Below, piece by piece: positions 1-9,150 of a stretch of 64,000 nt of DNA. The translations under genes and the position numbers were made by a program. Under the pieces are notes generated by a model, which was not told the origin of the DNA, searched no databases, and worked only from the letters and a program-made list of their open reading frames with translations. Position 1 is the stretch's first letter. Each line of letters opens with the position of its first letter. Source of the DNA: an uncultured Prolixibacteraceae bacterium (GTDB lineage Bacteria > Bacteroidota > Bacteroidia > Bacteroidales > FEN-979); the NCBI GenBank assembly GCA_964525995.1, contig CAZGIM010000006.1, positions 88,615 through 152,614 on the forward strand. Reading direction: 5' to 3'.

Positions 1-1515
1 TACGTGGAATTATTCGGTGAGAAACCGATCTCCATAACACCTTTACCGGTATCGGGTTCCGTTCGGCGCTATTTCAGGTTGACATCCGGACAAGGTACGG
101 TAATCGGCGCCTTTAACGAGGATATCAGGGAAAACAGGGCCTTCTTTTCGTTTGCAAAAACGTTCCGTTCAGAAGACCTGCCGGTGCCGGAAGTATTGGC
201 TGTTGCAGCAGATCAGAGCCATTACCTGCTTCAGGACCTGGGCGATGTGACCTTATTTTCACGGATACAGGAATCTTCAGGAACGAAGCGGGGCTCAGAA
301 ACACCGGAATTCGATAAGGCGCTGCTCGACCTTTACAAAAGAGTGGTCGGATGGCTTCCCCGGTTCCAGAATTCAGCCCCCGATTATGAAGTCTGTTACC
401 CGCGGAAGGCTTTCGATCGGCAGTCGATGATGTGGGACCTGAATTATTTCAAATATTATTATCTCAAGCTCGCAGCCATTCCCTTCGACGAGCAAAAACT
501 TGAAGATGATTTCAACCAGTTTTGTTCCTTACTGTTAGAAGCGCCATCCTCATTTTTCATGTATCGTGATTTCCAGTCCCGGAACATTATGATCACCGGC
601 AACGATCTCTGGTTCATCGATTTCCAGGGGGGAAGACGGGGTCCCCTGCAATACGATGTAGCCTCGTTGCTATATGATGCCAAAGCCGACCTTCCCCAGC
701 CGGTGCGGGATGCGTCACTCGAATACTACCTGAAACAGGCAGAACCCATGCTTCCCCATGGACCGGAAGGATTCCTGAAATATTTCCAGGGGTATTCGCT
801 CATCAGAATTCTTCAGGCAATGGGCGCCTATGGATTCAGGGGATTCTATCAGAAAAAAAAGCACTTTCTACACAGTATTCCTTACGCGATCCGTAACCTC
901 GAAACCCTGATACCCGGCGCTCTTTCAGGCCGCTTCCCGGAACTCAGAACCGTTCTGGAACGGGTGGTAATGACACCGCTTCCGGCAGGAATCCTGCATT
1001 CGGCATCCGGTGCCCTGCCGGCAGAACCGGAACGACCAGTCGACGCCGGTGACCGGTCAAAGGTACCGCTTTCAGAAAGGAAACCCGGACATCCCTCGCT
1101 GTTGGTAACCGTCATGAGTTTTTCATACAAAAATGGAATTCCGAACGACCCTTCCGGCCACGGGGGAGGATTTGTATTCGACTGCCGGGCTTTGCCCAAC
1201 CCGGGCCGGTTCGAGCAGTTCCGCGAACTTACCGGCGAGGATCCTGATGTAATCCGGTTTCTGCAACAGGAACCAGAGGTGAATCGCTTTCTTACAACCG
1301 TATTCCAACTGGTTGACCAAAGCGTGAAAAAATACGCGGAACGGAATTTCACCCACCTGATGGTAGCCTTCGGATGCACGGGAGGTCAGCACAGGTCGGT
1401 TTATTGTGCAGAACGGTTAACGGAACACTTGCGCACCAAGTTTGAAATTGAAGTTCTGGTCATCCACCGCGAAAGGTCAGATGAACCAAGGAACCATAAT
1501 AATATGAACGGATGA
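1..1515 (+). CDS. APH-family sugar kinase (AmgK-like) fused to a RapZ-type C-terminal domain; 5' end truncated by the window edge
   Basis: The frame is open from base 1 and no start is seen. The N-part carries APH kinase motifs (MYRDFQSRNIM catalytic loop, WFIDFQGG metal loop). Residues ~365-495 (VMSFSYKNGIP..FVFDCRALPNPGR..VAFGCTGGQHRSVYCAERL) match the RapZ/YvcJ C-terminal domain signature. The stop overlaps the next start (ATGA). Confidence 0.8.
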   Translation, partial: YVELFGEKPISITPLPVSGSVRRYFRLTSGQGTVIGAFNEDIRENRAFFSFAKTFRSEDLPVPEVLAVAADQSHYLLQDLGDVTLFSRIQESSGTKRGSETPEFDKALLDLYKRVVGWLPRFQNSAPDYEVCYPRKAFDRQSMMWDLNYFKYYYLKLAAIPFDEQKLEDDFNQFCSLLLEAPSSFFMYRDFQSRNIMITGNDLWFIDFQGGRRGPLQYDVASLLYDAKADLPQPVRDASLEYYLKQAEPMLPHGPEGFLKYFQGYSLIRILQAMGAYGFRGFYQKKKHFLHSIPYAIRNLETLIPGALSGRFPELRTVLERVVMTPLPAGILHSASGALPAEPERPVDAGDRSKVPLSERKPGHPSLLVTVMSFSYKNGIPNDPSGHGGGFVFDCRALPNPGRFEQFRELTGEDPDVIRFLQQEPEVNRFLTTVFQLVDQSVKKYAERNFTHLMVAFGCTGGQHRSVYCAERLTEHLRTKFEIEVLVIHRERSDEPRNHNNMNG

Positions 1516-2246
1516 AGGGATTTATCTTAGCGGCGGGCCTGGGTACCCGTTTGAAGCCGTTCACCGATGGCTCACCGAAAGCGCTGTTCAAGGTCGGAGG
1601 TAAAACGATGCTCGAACATGCATTGCAACATTTGCAGCATTACGGCATCGGGGAAGTAATCGTTAATGTGCACCATTTCCCCGGTCAAATAAGGGAGTTC
1701 CTGTCGGAACACGATAACTTTGGAATGGAGATAACCCTTTCCGATGAGTCGGAGATGTTGTTAGAGACCGGAGGCGGATTGAAAAAGGTTGCATGGTTTT
1801 TCTCAGCCGACGAACCTTTTGTGGTAAGAAATGTGGATATACTATCCGATCTCAACCTGGCTGATATGATTCGCGCACACAAAGAATCGGCGGCACTGGC
1901 AACACTGGCTGTACGGGATCGGAAAACATCGCGCTATTTTCTCTTCGATGATACAGGATCGCTTTGCGGGTGGGAGAACCTTAACACCGGCGAACGGATC
2001 GTAAAACGGGCTGCCGGTGCCTTGTTTCCAAAGGCATTCAGCGGAATCCAGGTTCTCAGTCCGGAGATATTCCCGCTTATCACCGAATCAGGAAAGTTTA
2101 CGCTCATCGATCTCTATCTTCGACTTGCAGCGGGTGGCAGGATCAAAGGATATTCCGACCAAGATGCCATGTGGAGGGATATCGGCAAGACAGGAGATCA
2201 TGGTAGTTCTGATTCCGGCCGGCAGGGTTCTGCATCTGGAATTTGA
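1512..2246 (+). CDS. Sugar-1-phosphate nucleotidyltransferase, MurU-like (candidate MurNAc-1-P uridylyltransferase)
   Basis: It has the N-terminal ILAAGLGTRLKPFT nucleotide-binding motif and a ~240-aa NTP-transferase length. It is translationally coupled to the upstream AmgK-like kinase. Confidence 0.75.
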   Translation: MKGFILAAGLGTRLKPFTDGSPKALFKVGGKTMLEHALQHLQHYGIGEVIVNVHHFPGQIREFLSEHDNFGMEITLSDESEMLLETGGGLKKVAWFFSADEPFVVRNVDILSDLNLADMIRAHKESAALATLAVRDRKTSRYFLFDDTGSLCGWENLNTGERIVKRAAGALFPKAFSGIQVLSPEIFPLITESGKFTLIDLYLRLAAGGRIKGYSDQDAMWRDIGKTGDHGSSDSGRQGSASGI

Positions 2247-2290
2247 AGACCCGGTTTTGAATTTTTATTTTTAAGGGATCACTGATCAGG

Positions 2291-5248
2291 ATGGATGAAT
2301 TTACTGAACATAACGAAAGCTTCGAAAGGCAGATGCCGTTCTTGAAAAGTGCGGCCGCTCACCTTTTCACAGCATTCGGCAGCGATTTGGGTAAGGTCTG
2401 TGTAGTGACTCCCAACCGGCGCTCCGGTATCTACCTCCGGAAATATATCGCTGAGTTGGTCACTGGTCCGGTCTGGGCGCCGGCCGTCCATGCCATCGAA
2501 GATTTTATGGCAATACTGTCAGGGATGACGGAAGTTGAGCCCGTGCTGTTGCTGACCGAACTGTATGAAATTCACCGGACGGTAGATCAGGAAAAAGCCG
2601 GGAGTTTCGAAGAGTTTTTATCGTGGGGCGGACAATTGTTGGCCGATTTCAATGATATCGACCGTAACCTCAACGATGGCAGGGCGCTTTTTAACTATCT
2701 CGACGAAGCAAAAGCACTTGCCCTTTGGAATCCCGACGGCATGCCGTTGACTCCGTTCCAAAAGGATTATCTCAGGTTTTACAGGTCATTAGGCACTTAC
2801 TATGAAATGCTGAAGAGTTCGCTGATAAGCCGGAAAACGGGATATCAGGGATTGGTTTTCAGGCATGCGGCCGAACGCGTTGTCACGGGGAGTGCCGAAA
2901 TACCCTGGGAATCGGTTCTTTTCACCGGTTTCAATGTGTTGACCCAGGCCGAAGAGGAGGTGATGAACCATTTGCGGATGAAGGGGAAAGCGCATTTTTT
3001 CTGGGATGCAGACCATTTTTATCTGGATCATGAACAACGGGAAGCCGGGCTCTTTTTACGTCGCTGGCTGAAAAAATGGCCACTATCCAAGGCTAATCCG
3101 GTATCTGACTGCTTCAAAACAGGTGCGAAGAACATCAGGATCATCGGGATCCCCGACCCGGTCGGACAAGTAAAATTCTGCGGGGAGCTGCTTCAGAAAC
3201 TGGGCGCTGAAACAGGCGAAGAAACCGCAGTGATTCTTCCCGACGAAAAACTGCTGCTTCCCCTGATGAACTCCCTTCCTCCGGAGTTGTCGCAGTTCAA
3301 TGTGACCATGGGATTCCCGCTGAAACAGACCCCCCTGGCTGTGCTCCTCGACCAGACCTGTTATATGCACCTCCATGCAACAGCTATGCTAACGGGGGCG
3401 TCGGATACCCATAAATTCTATTACCACGACCTGATCAGCCTTTTACGCAATCCATTATTAACGCGGATCGCCTCACAAGTTAATGGCGACGGGTTTGCCT
3501 TGAACGACTTGATCGTACATTTGAATTCAGGCGATCGGGTGTTTGTATCTCCCGACCATCTTAAGGGAATGGGTTTATTTGGTTCCACACTGGGATTTCT
3601 CGAACCCTTTGTCACTCACTGGACTCGCCCCGGCGAGGCAATCTGTAGTTTAAGATGCATTACCGAATGGACCCGGAACGAGCCCTTTGAATCGGAATCG
3701 GCTTATGTGATCGCTACCATCCTGCACCGGCTGGAACTGGTCGTTGAACGGCATTCCTCCTGGTTCTCGCTGCAATCGTTCTGCCAGTTCTTCAAAGAAA
3801 TGGTCAACACCTGTACCCTTCCATTTGTTGGGGAACCGTTACAGGGAGTGCAGATCATGGGCATGCTGGAAACGCGCACCCTTGATTTTAAAAACCTGAT
3901 AATCCTGTCATGCAATGAGGGATTGTTACCGACAGGGAAAACTGCACATTCGTTTATTCCTTTCGACATTAGATCGGAGTATGGTCTCCCGACTTACCGC
4001 CAGAAGGATGCCATCTATGCCTACCATTTTTTCAGGTTGTTGCAACGTGCCGAACATATCTGGCTTTTGTATAATACCGAACCCGATAAACTCAGTGGTG
4101 GCGAAGTTTCGAGGTACATCCGGCAAGTGATCCGGGAACTTCCGGAGTATAACCCGAAAATAACTATAAACCAACACATTGTTACGTCGGGTTCGGTTGG
4201 AGTCAATGAAATCGGAAACATTGAAATTCAAAAGGAGGGATGGGTTTATCAGAAAATCCTCGATAAAGCAGCGGAAGGACTGTCGCCAACTGCGCTGAAT
4301 TCGTTCAGGAAATGCTCGCTTCAGTTTTATCTGTCGGAAATTGCGGGGATCAGGGAGCCGGAGGATCCGGGCGACACAATTGATGCAAGGATGCTGGGCA
4401 CCGCTGTCCATCATGCATTGTTCAAATTATACGCGCCCCTGAAAGGAAAGATCCTGCATCTTTCTGATATCGATGTCATGAAAAAATCGGCTGTTACCGC
4501 AGTTCGTGCCGCGTTTGAGGAAAAATTCAAAAAACCTGCATTGAACTACGGAAAAAACCTGTTGTTGGTAAACGTTGCAACCAGGATGGTTCAAAACTTC
4601 CTTGAGTCAGAACAGATACGCTTGCTGAGTTATCAGTCATCGGGCACAGCCATCCGCATCGAAGCGCTGGAACAGCCCGTTTGGCGAGGATTGCCGTTGA
4701 AGGTGAACGGAAGGGAGCATGAGGTCAGGATTAAAGGATTTATCGACCGGGCCGATCGGGTAGGAGCGGTGTTACGCGTGGCCGATTATAAAACCGGTCG
4801 TGTTTTTCCCAAAGAGCTGGTTATCGCGAATTGGGATGAACTTTTATCAGATCCGGCTAAGGACAAGTGCTTCCAGTTGCTGGCCTATACCTGGCTTTTT
4901 CATGGTTTTGATTCAGCCACTTCCCGCACCGCCGGTGTTGTCCCGCTGCAATCATCTTCTCCCAAATTCATGCCCGTAAAGGTCGGAACCGGGAGTGAAA
5001 ACCGTTCCACCGAAAAAAATTCAATCCGGTCAGGCAGTCCGGAAGATGATGGCGGAGAGACAACTGGAAATTCAACTGACGAAACAGCGAATCTCTCCCC
5101 TTCGGATATGGAAGCTTTTGAGGATGTACTTCGGCAACTGATCGGCCGCCTCCTCGATCCCTCGATCCCGGTTGGACCTGCCGAAAATACCGACTATTGC
5201 AGAAATTGCAGCTATCTCAACCTGTGCGGCAGAACTGCGGCATTCTAA
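2291..5248 (+). CDS. AddB-like PD-(D/E)XK nuclease family protein (inactive helicase-like N-part, Fe-S nuclease C-part)
   Basis: The 985-aa protein has C-terminal RecB-type nuclease motifs (GFIDRAD, VADYKTG). These are bracketed by Cys residues (RKCSLQFY ... CRNCSYLNLC = Cx2Cx5C), as in AddB. A low-complexity insert (GTGSENRSTEKNS..TDETANLS) lies before the last Cys cluster. Confidence 0.7.
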   Translation: MDEFTEHNESFERQMPFLKSAAAHLFTAFGSDLGKVCVVTPNRRSGIYLRKYIAELVTGPVWAPAVHAIEDFMAILSGMTEVEPVLLLTELYEIHRTVDQEKAGSFEEFLSWGGQLLADFNDIDRNLNDGRALFNYLDEAKALALWNPDGMPLTPFQKDYLRFYRSLGTYYEMLKSSLISRKTGYQGLVFRHAAERVVTGSAEIPWESVLFTGFNVLTQAEEEVMNHLRMKGKAHFFWDADHFYLDHEQREAGLFLRRWLKKWPLSKANPVSDCFKTGAKNIRIIGIPDPVGQVKFCGELLQKLGAETGEETAVILPDEKLLLPLMNSLPPELSQFNVTMGFPLKQTPLAVLLDQTCYMHLHATAMLTGASDTHKFYYHDLISLLRNPLLTRIASQVNGDGFALNDLIVHLNSGDRVFVSPDHLKGMGLFGSTLGFLEPFVTHWTRPGEAICSLRCITEWTRNEPFESESAYVIATILHRLELVVERHSSWFSLQSFCQFFKEMVNTCTLPFVGEPLQGVQIMGMLETRTLDFKNLIILSCNEGLLPTGKTAHSFIPFDIRSEYGLPTYRQKDAIYAYHFFRLLQRAEHIWLLYNTEPDKLSGGEVSRYIRQVIRELPEYNPKITINQHIVTSGSVGVNEIGNIEIQKEGWVYQKILDKAAEGLSPTALNSFRKCSLQFYLSEIAGIREPEDPGDTIDARMLGTAVHHALFKLYAPLKGKILHLSDIDVMKKSAVTAVRAAFEEKFKKPALNYGKNLLLVNVATRMVQNFLESEQIRLLSYQSSGTAIRIEALEQPVWRGLPLKVNGREHEVRIKGFIDRADRVGAVLRVADYKTGRVFPKELVIANWDELLSDPAKDKCFQLLAYTWLFHGFDSATSRTAGVVPLQSSSPKFMPVKVGTGSENRSTEKNSIRSGSPEDDGGETTGNSTDETANLSPSDMEAFEDVLRQLIGRLLDPSIPVGPAENTDYCRNCSYLNLCGRTAAF

Positions 5249-6747
5249 TCTTCCCCGAAAACAAATGCCTCGTAGGTGTACAGCTCAGCGTCTTTCCAGC
5301 CGTCCCAGCCAAGACCGGCCTTGTCGCGACTGCAATGCCCCAGGAATTCCTCCACACTCCATCCCGTTTCGGTGGCAACCTGCGGCAGGAAGGTTCCTGA
5401 ATAGTATCCCTTTTTGATGTAGATACCGTGTTTTCCAAGGATGATCTCATCGGGAGAGGAGATTTTTTTCATGGGTGATAAAACCGATATCTCAATATTC
5501 AGCCTTTTCAATTCTCCGGAAACGACAGGCTGGAAACGGGTATCTTCGGTTGCTGATGATACCGACAATTCGCTTACAAGCCTCCAGAGCGGCAGTTCAC
5601 TCGAAAATCGTCCGATACAACCTCTGAGGGCGCCCTGCTCTTTCAAGGTAACAAAGGCTCCTGCCCGGATGTTCAGGGTTGGCGTGAATCGGGCCGGATT
5701 GAAATCCGGCATCTTCCGCTCATTTAGATATTTTTCGAGCGTTTCACGGGCTACCTTCAACAGGGTTGCCTGATCTTCCTTTGAAAAAGAGAATCCGACT
5801 GTCGCGCTGCTGCTTTTATCCCGGGTGACCACGATAGACCAGTAACCGACTACCTGGCTTTTATCGCCGTACGGACCGTCGCCGGAGTTCAGATATCTGA
5901 CCGGATTGTAATGGTATTCTCCGGTTGAGGAAGTAAGGTACATCAAGGTCATGATCGAAGTCCAGCCGCACAGGTTAGTGACCAGATTGGGAACTTTTTT
6001 CGATTCATATTCTTTGAGAAAATCCGACAGATTTTGCGGATTGCCGGTGATGATGGCATCACAGGTTGCTTTGTCGGCACGGCGTGCATCCTCGTATGCC
6101 GGATAATGCGAAAAATCGGTGCTGAATACAAACAGGTTATGCTGGTTGAAATAGGGTTTCAGCGTCTGGGCAATCTTTTTGCAGGTTTGTTCCGACTGGC
6201 TTCCGATGACGATGGGAACCACCTTCAGTTCCTGTTTCATGTGATACTGGAGGAAGGGAACCTGAACCTCCAGACTGTGTTCGCTGCGATCGGCTTCAGG
6301 GTTAAAAACAAAGACGGGGTTATCACGGATCAGTTGATTCGCAAGGGTTGTATTGACCTTGACCCGGCCCAGGGGGGTAATGTAATCGCCGCGGTTGTAA
6401 ACCGATGCCCCGTTGAAGGAAACCTGGTGGCTGGAGGCAATGATAAAGATGTTGTCGAATTTCTGATCCGGATCGATTTGATTGAAACTGCTGGCGGCCA
6501 CTTCGCCTGAGAAAATATAGCCTGCATGCGGGGAGATGATTGCGGCTACATTTTCGCTATTCCGGGATTGTGCTTTCGCAAACAGTTCCTCCAGGGTTGC
6601 GCGAAGTTCCTTTGGGTCGGATGGGTAAAACCGTCCGGCAACGGCCGGTTGGCGATCCTGTGGCGCCGGATTATCCTGTGATGAGCATCCATGGCTCACA
6701 TTAAAAAATATTCCCATAACCAGAATTCCCTTGAAAATGTTGTGCAT
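5245..6747 (-). CDS. AmmeMemoRadiSam system protein B (Memo-like) fused to protein A (AMMECR1), with a lipoprotein-type signal peptide
   Basis: The Memo motif AVAGRFYP...ISPHAGYIFSG lies in the N-half and the AMMECR1 motif GALRGCIGRF in the C-half. The N-terminus MHNIFKGILVMGIFFNVSHGCSS is a hydrophobic signal ending in Cys. Confidence 0.85.
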   Translation of the reverse strand: MHNIFKGILVMGIFFNVSHGCSSQDNPAPQDRQPAVAGRFYPSDPKELRATLEELFAKAQSRNSENVAAIISPHAGYIFSGEVAASSFNQIDPDQKFDNIFIIASSHQVSFNGASVYNRGDYITPLGRVKVNTTLANQLIRDNPVFVFNPEADRSEHSLEVQVPFLQYHMKQELKVVPIVIGSQSEQTCKKIAQTLKPYFNQHNLFVFSTDFSHYPAYEDARRADKATCDAIITGNPQNLSDFLKEYESKKVPNLVTNLCGWTSIMTLMYLTSSTGEYHYNPVRYLNSGDGPYGDKSQVVGYWSIVVTRDKSSSATVGFSFSKEDQATLLKVARETLEKYLNERKMPDFNPARFTPTLNIRAGAFVTLKEQGALRGCIGRFSSELPLWRLVSELSVSSATEDTRFQPVVSGELKRLNIEISVLSPMKKISSPDEIILGKHGIYIKKGYYSGTFLPQVATETGWSVEEFLGHCSRDKAGLGWDGWKDAELYTYEAFVFGED

Positions 6748-6756
6748 TGTTTTGGG

Positions 6757-6764
6757 TAACTTTG
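6757..6764 (+). promoter_or_regulatory. Candidate Bacteroidota sigma-A -7 box
   Basis: TAACTTTG matches TAnnTTTG and lies 26 nt before ATG 6791. Confidence 0.5.
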
Positions 6765-6790
6765 ACTGAAATTCAGTGTAAAGATACGAA

Positions 6791-8983
6791 ATGACGCCAA
6801 AAAATGCAATCCGCCCGGCGCTTTTAGCATTAGGGTTCGTAAGTCTCGGTTTTCAGATGTTGCTGATGCGGGGGTTCCTGCTGATCTTTAACGGGAATGA
6901 GCTGGTGATCGGTATGCTGCTGTCGACCTGGATGCTGTTCACCGGATTGGGTTCCCTGCTGGGGCGATTCAGCAGGTTCACCAGGCTGCACCATCCGGGC
7001 CTGATGGCGTTGCTGACGTTGACCGGCATCTGGCCTGCTCCGTCACTATTCCTGCTTTGTTACCTGAAAACCGCCCTGATACCGGCAGGAAGCATGGCTG
7101 ACCTTTATGATGTTTTAGCCTGGGGAACCATCGTACAGTCTCCTTTTTGTCTGACCTCGGGATTTCTTTTCACCGCACTCAGCGCCCTTCCCCGGTCGGG
7201 CCGTCCATCGGCCTCCTATGCCTGGGAGTCGGCCGGAAGCATCGGTGCCTGCCTGATTGTGAACTTTGTATTCCTGTGGTGGTTTGACCTGTTTACAGGC
7301 GCTGTACTGCTCTCGGCGACCTGGTTCCTGATGCTTTCTGTCGCCCTGAATATCCAAAAGATGTGGATCCGGTCGGCTGGACTTGTAGTATTTGCCGCTG
7401 TTTATATTTTGATCATCATCCAGGCGGGATTGGCGCGACGTACCGACACCATGCTTTTTCCCGGCCAGCGGATGATCTCTGACAGGATGACGCCCTATGG
7501 AAGGATCACGGTGACCCAAACCGGCGATCAGCTTAACTTTTATGAAAACGGATTGTTGCTCTTCTCATCCGGAAATACGATCAACAACGAAGAGGCGGTA
7601 CATCCTGCCATGGTACAACATCACAATCCTTCTAAAATTCTGATGATTTCAGGAGGATTTTCGGGCTCCCTTAGTGAAGTGATGAAGTACCATCCCAACC
7701 GGATCGATTACCTGGAACTTAACCCCGAACTTATCCGCATTGGCGTCCGGTTTACCGGTCAGATCAAAAGCGATACGGTCAGAGCAATGAAGGCCGACGC
7801 GCGCCGTTTTCTGCTCACAACAAATGAACGGTACCATGTGGTAATCGTCAACCTCCCGGCCCCTGCTACTCTTCAGATCAACCGGTACTATACCACGGAC
7901 TTTTTTGAAGAGATCCGGAACCATTTGATGCCCGACGGTGTGATTGCGCTCTTTTTGCCAACTTCCAGCGACTATGTGAGCCCCGGCGCCGCCGACCTCA
8001 ATTCGGTAATCTTCAGGTCACTCAAAAGTCGCTTTCAAAATGTTCTTATCGTTCCTTTGGAGAAAAATGTTCTTCTGGCCTCCGATACAACATTAACACT
8101 GGATATTCCGGGGAGGATCAGCGAGCTGAATATTCCGACAAGTTGGGTGAATCAATATTACCTTGACATTTCCCGGCTTCGCGAGCGTTCGGACTATCTT
8201 GTTGAAAACCTGCATCAGTCAGGTAAACTGAACCGCGACTTTGATCCGGTAGCTGTGCGGTATCAATTAACCTGGTGGCTGGATTATTTTTCTTTCAAAC
8301 CATTAGCGGGGATTCTGGTTTTCACGCTGTTGTTTATCCTGCTGGCCTTCAGCCAAAACCGGTTGTCGGCAGGATTGTTTACCGGTGGTTTCACGCTGGC
8401 ATCCATCGAAGTTATACTCATCCTTGCCTATCAGGTATTGTTCGGTTACCTTTTCAGCATGATCGGGGCGATTGTTCTCGTATTCATGACGGGCCTGACC
8501 CTGGGATCCTGGCTTGCACCAATGATCGTACGTCATTATGTTAAAAAATTTGCTGGAAAGGGAATGGCTGATGGTACTGGACACGTGAGCGGAGAACCAT
8601 TACCTGACTTATCCCAAAAGGCGCACAGGATCCTCTATATACGGATTCAGGTTCTTTTGGCTCTATTCAGCCTGTTGATTCCGGTATTTCTCACATTCAC
8701 CCGGTTCATTTCGGTCTCAGTAACCGGATCGCATCTCTTTATGTCGCTGCTGTGCCTTTTTCCTGCCTGGCTGATCGGAATGGAATACCACCTGGCGGTC
8801 ACCATTTCTCAAAAGCAAATCACTCGCACCATCGCCGGAACCTATTCGGCCGACCTCTTCGGATCGGCCATGGGCGCCTTTGCTACAGGCGTCATCCTGC
8901 TTCCCATGGCTGGCGTTTGGGTTGCCTGCACCGTTCTGGGAATTCTGAACCTGACCGGTGCAATGATCGTATCAAAACGATAA
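6791..8983 (+). CDS. Polytopic membrane protein with a central spermidine-synthase-like (SpeE fold) domain
   Basis: There are about 7 hydrophobic segments N-terminal and about 5 C-terminal. The central Rossmann-like region is ILMISGGFSGSLSEV..IDYLELNPE..YHVVIVNLPAPATLQINRYYTTDFF. The canonical D-x-x-D-P aminopropyltransferase box is replaced by NLPAP. Confidence 0.7.
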   Translation: MTPKNAIRPALLALGFVSLGFQMLLMRGFLLIFNGNELVIGMLLSTWMLFTGLGSLLGRFSRFTRLHHPGLMALLTLTGIWPAPSLFLLCYLKTALIPAGSMADLYDVLAWGTIVQSPFCLTSGFLFTALSALPRSGRPSASYAWESAGSIGACLIVNFVFLWWFDLFTGAVLLSATWFLMLSVALNIQKMWIRSAGLVVFAAVYILIIIQAGLARRTDTMLFPGQRMISDRMTPYGRITVTQTGDQLNFYENGLLLFSSGNTINNEEAVHPAMVQHHNPSKILMISGGFSGSLSEVMKYHPNRIDYLELNPELIRIGVRFTGQIKSDTVRAMKADARRFLLTTNERYHVVIVNLPAPATLQINRYYTTDFFEEIRNHLMPDGVIALFLPTSSDYVSPGAADLNSVIFRSLKSRFQNVLIVPLEKNVLLASDTTLTLDIPGRISELNIPTSWVNQYYLDISRLRERSDYLVENLHQSGKLNRDFDPVAVRYQLTWWLDYFSFKPLAGILVFTLLFILLAFSQNRLSAGLFTGGFTLASIEVILILAYQVLFGYLFSMIGAIVLVFMTGLTLGSWLAPMIVRHYVKKFAGKGMADGTGHVSGEPLPDLSQKAHRILYIRIQVLLALFSLLIPVFLTFTRFISVSVTGSHLFMSLLCLFPAWLIGMEYHLAVTISQKQITRTIAGTYSADLFGSAMGAFATGVILLPMAGVWVACTVLGILNLTGAMIVSKR

Positions 8984-8992
8984 GAAATTGCG

Positions 8993-9000
8993 TAACTTTG
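8993..9000 (+). promoter_or_regulatory. Candidate -7 box upstream of the radical SAM gene
   Basis: TAACTTTG lies 39 nt before ATG 9040 and 150 nt before ATG 9151. Confidence 0.45.
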
Positions 9001-9150
9001 TAACTGGACCGGCCGGATGCCAGTGACCTGGCAGAAAGGATGGCTGACGGGGATCAGTCTTCCTCACGATCTTGCCGGAAAGATGAATTAATGGCAGGAT
9101 CGGAGGATTGCGCCAAAACGATATCCACGGATGATAAAGGCTGCACGGTA

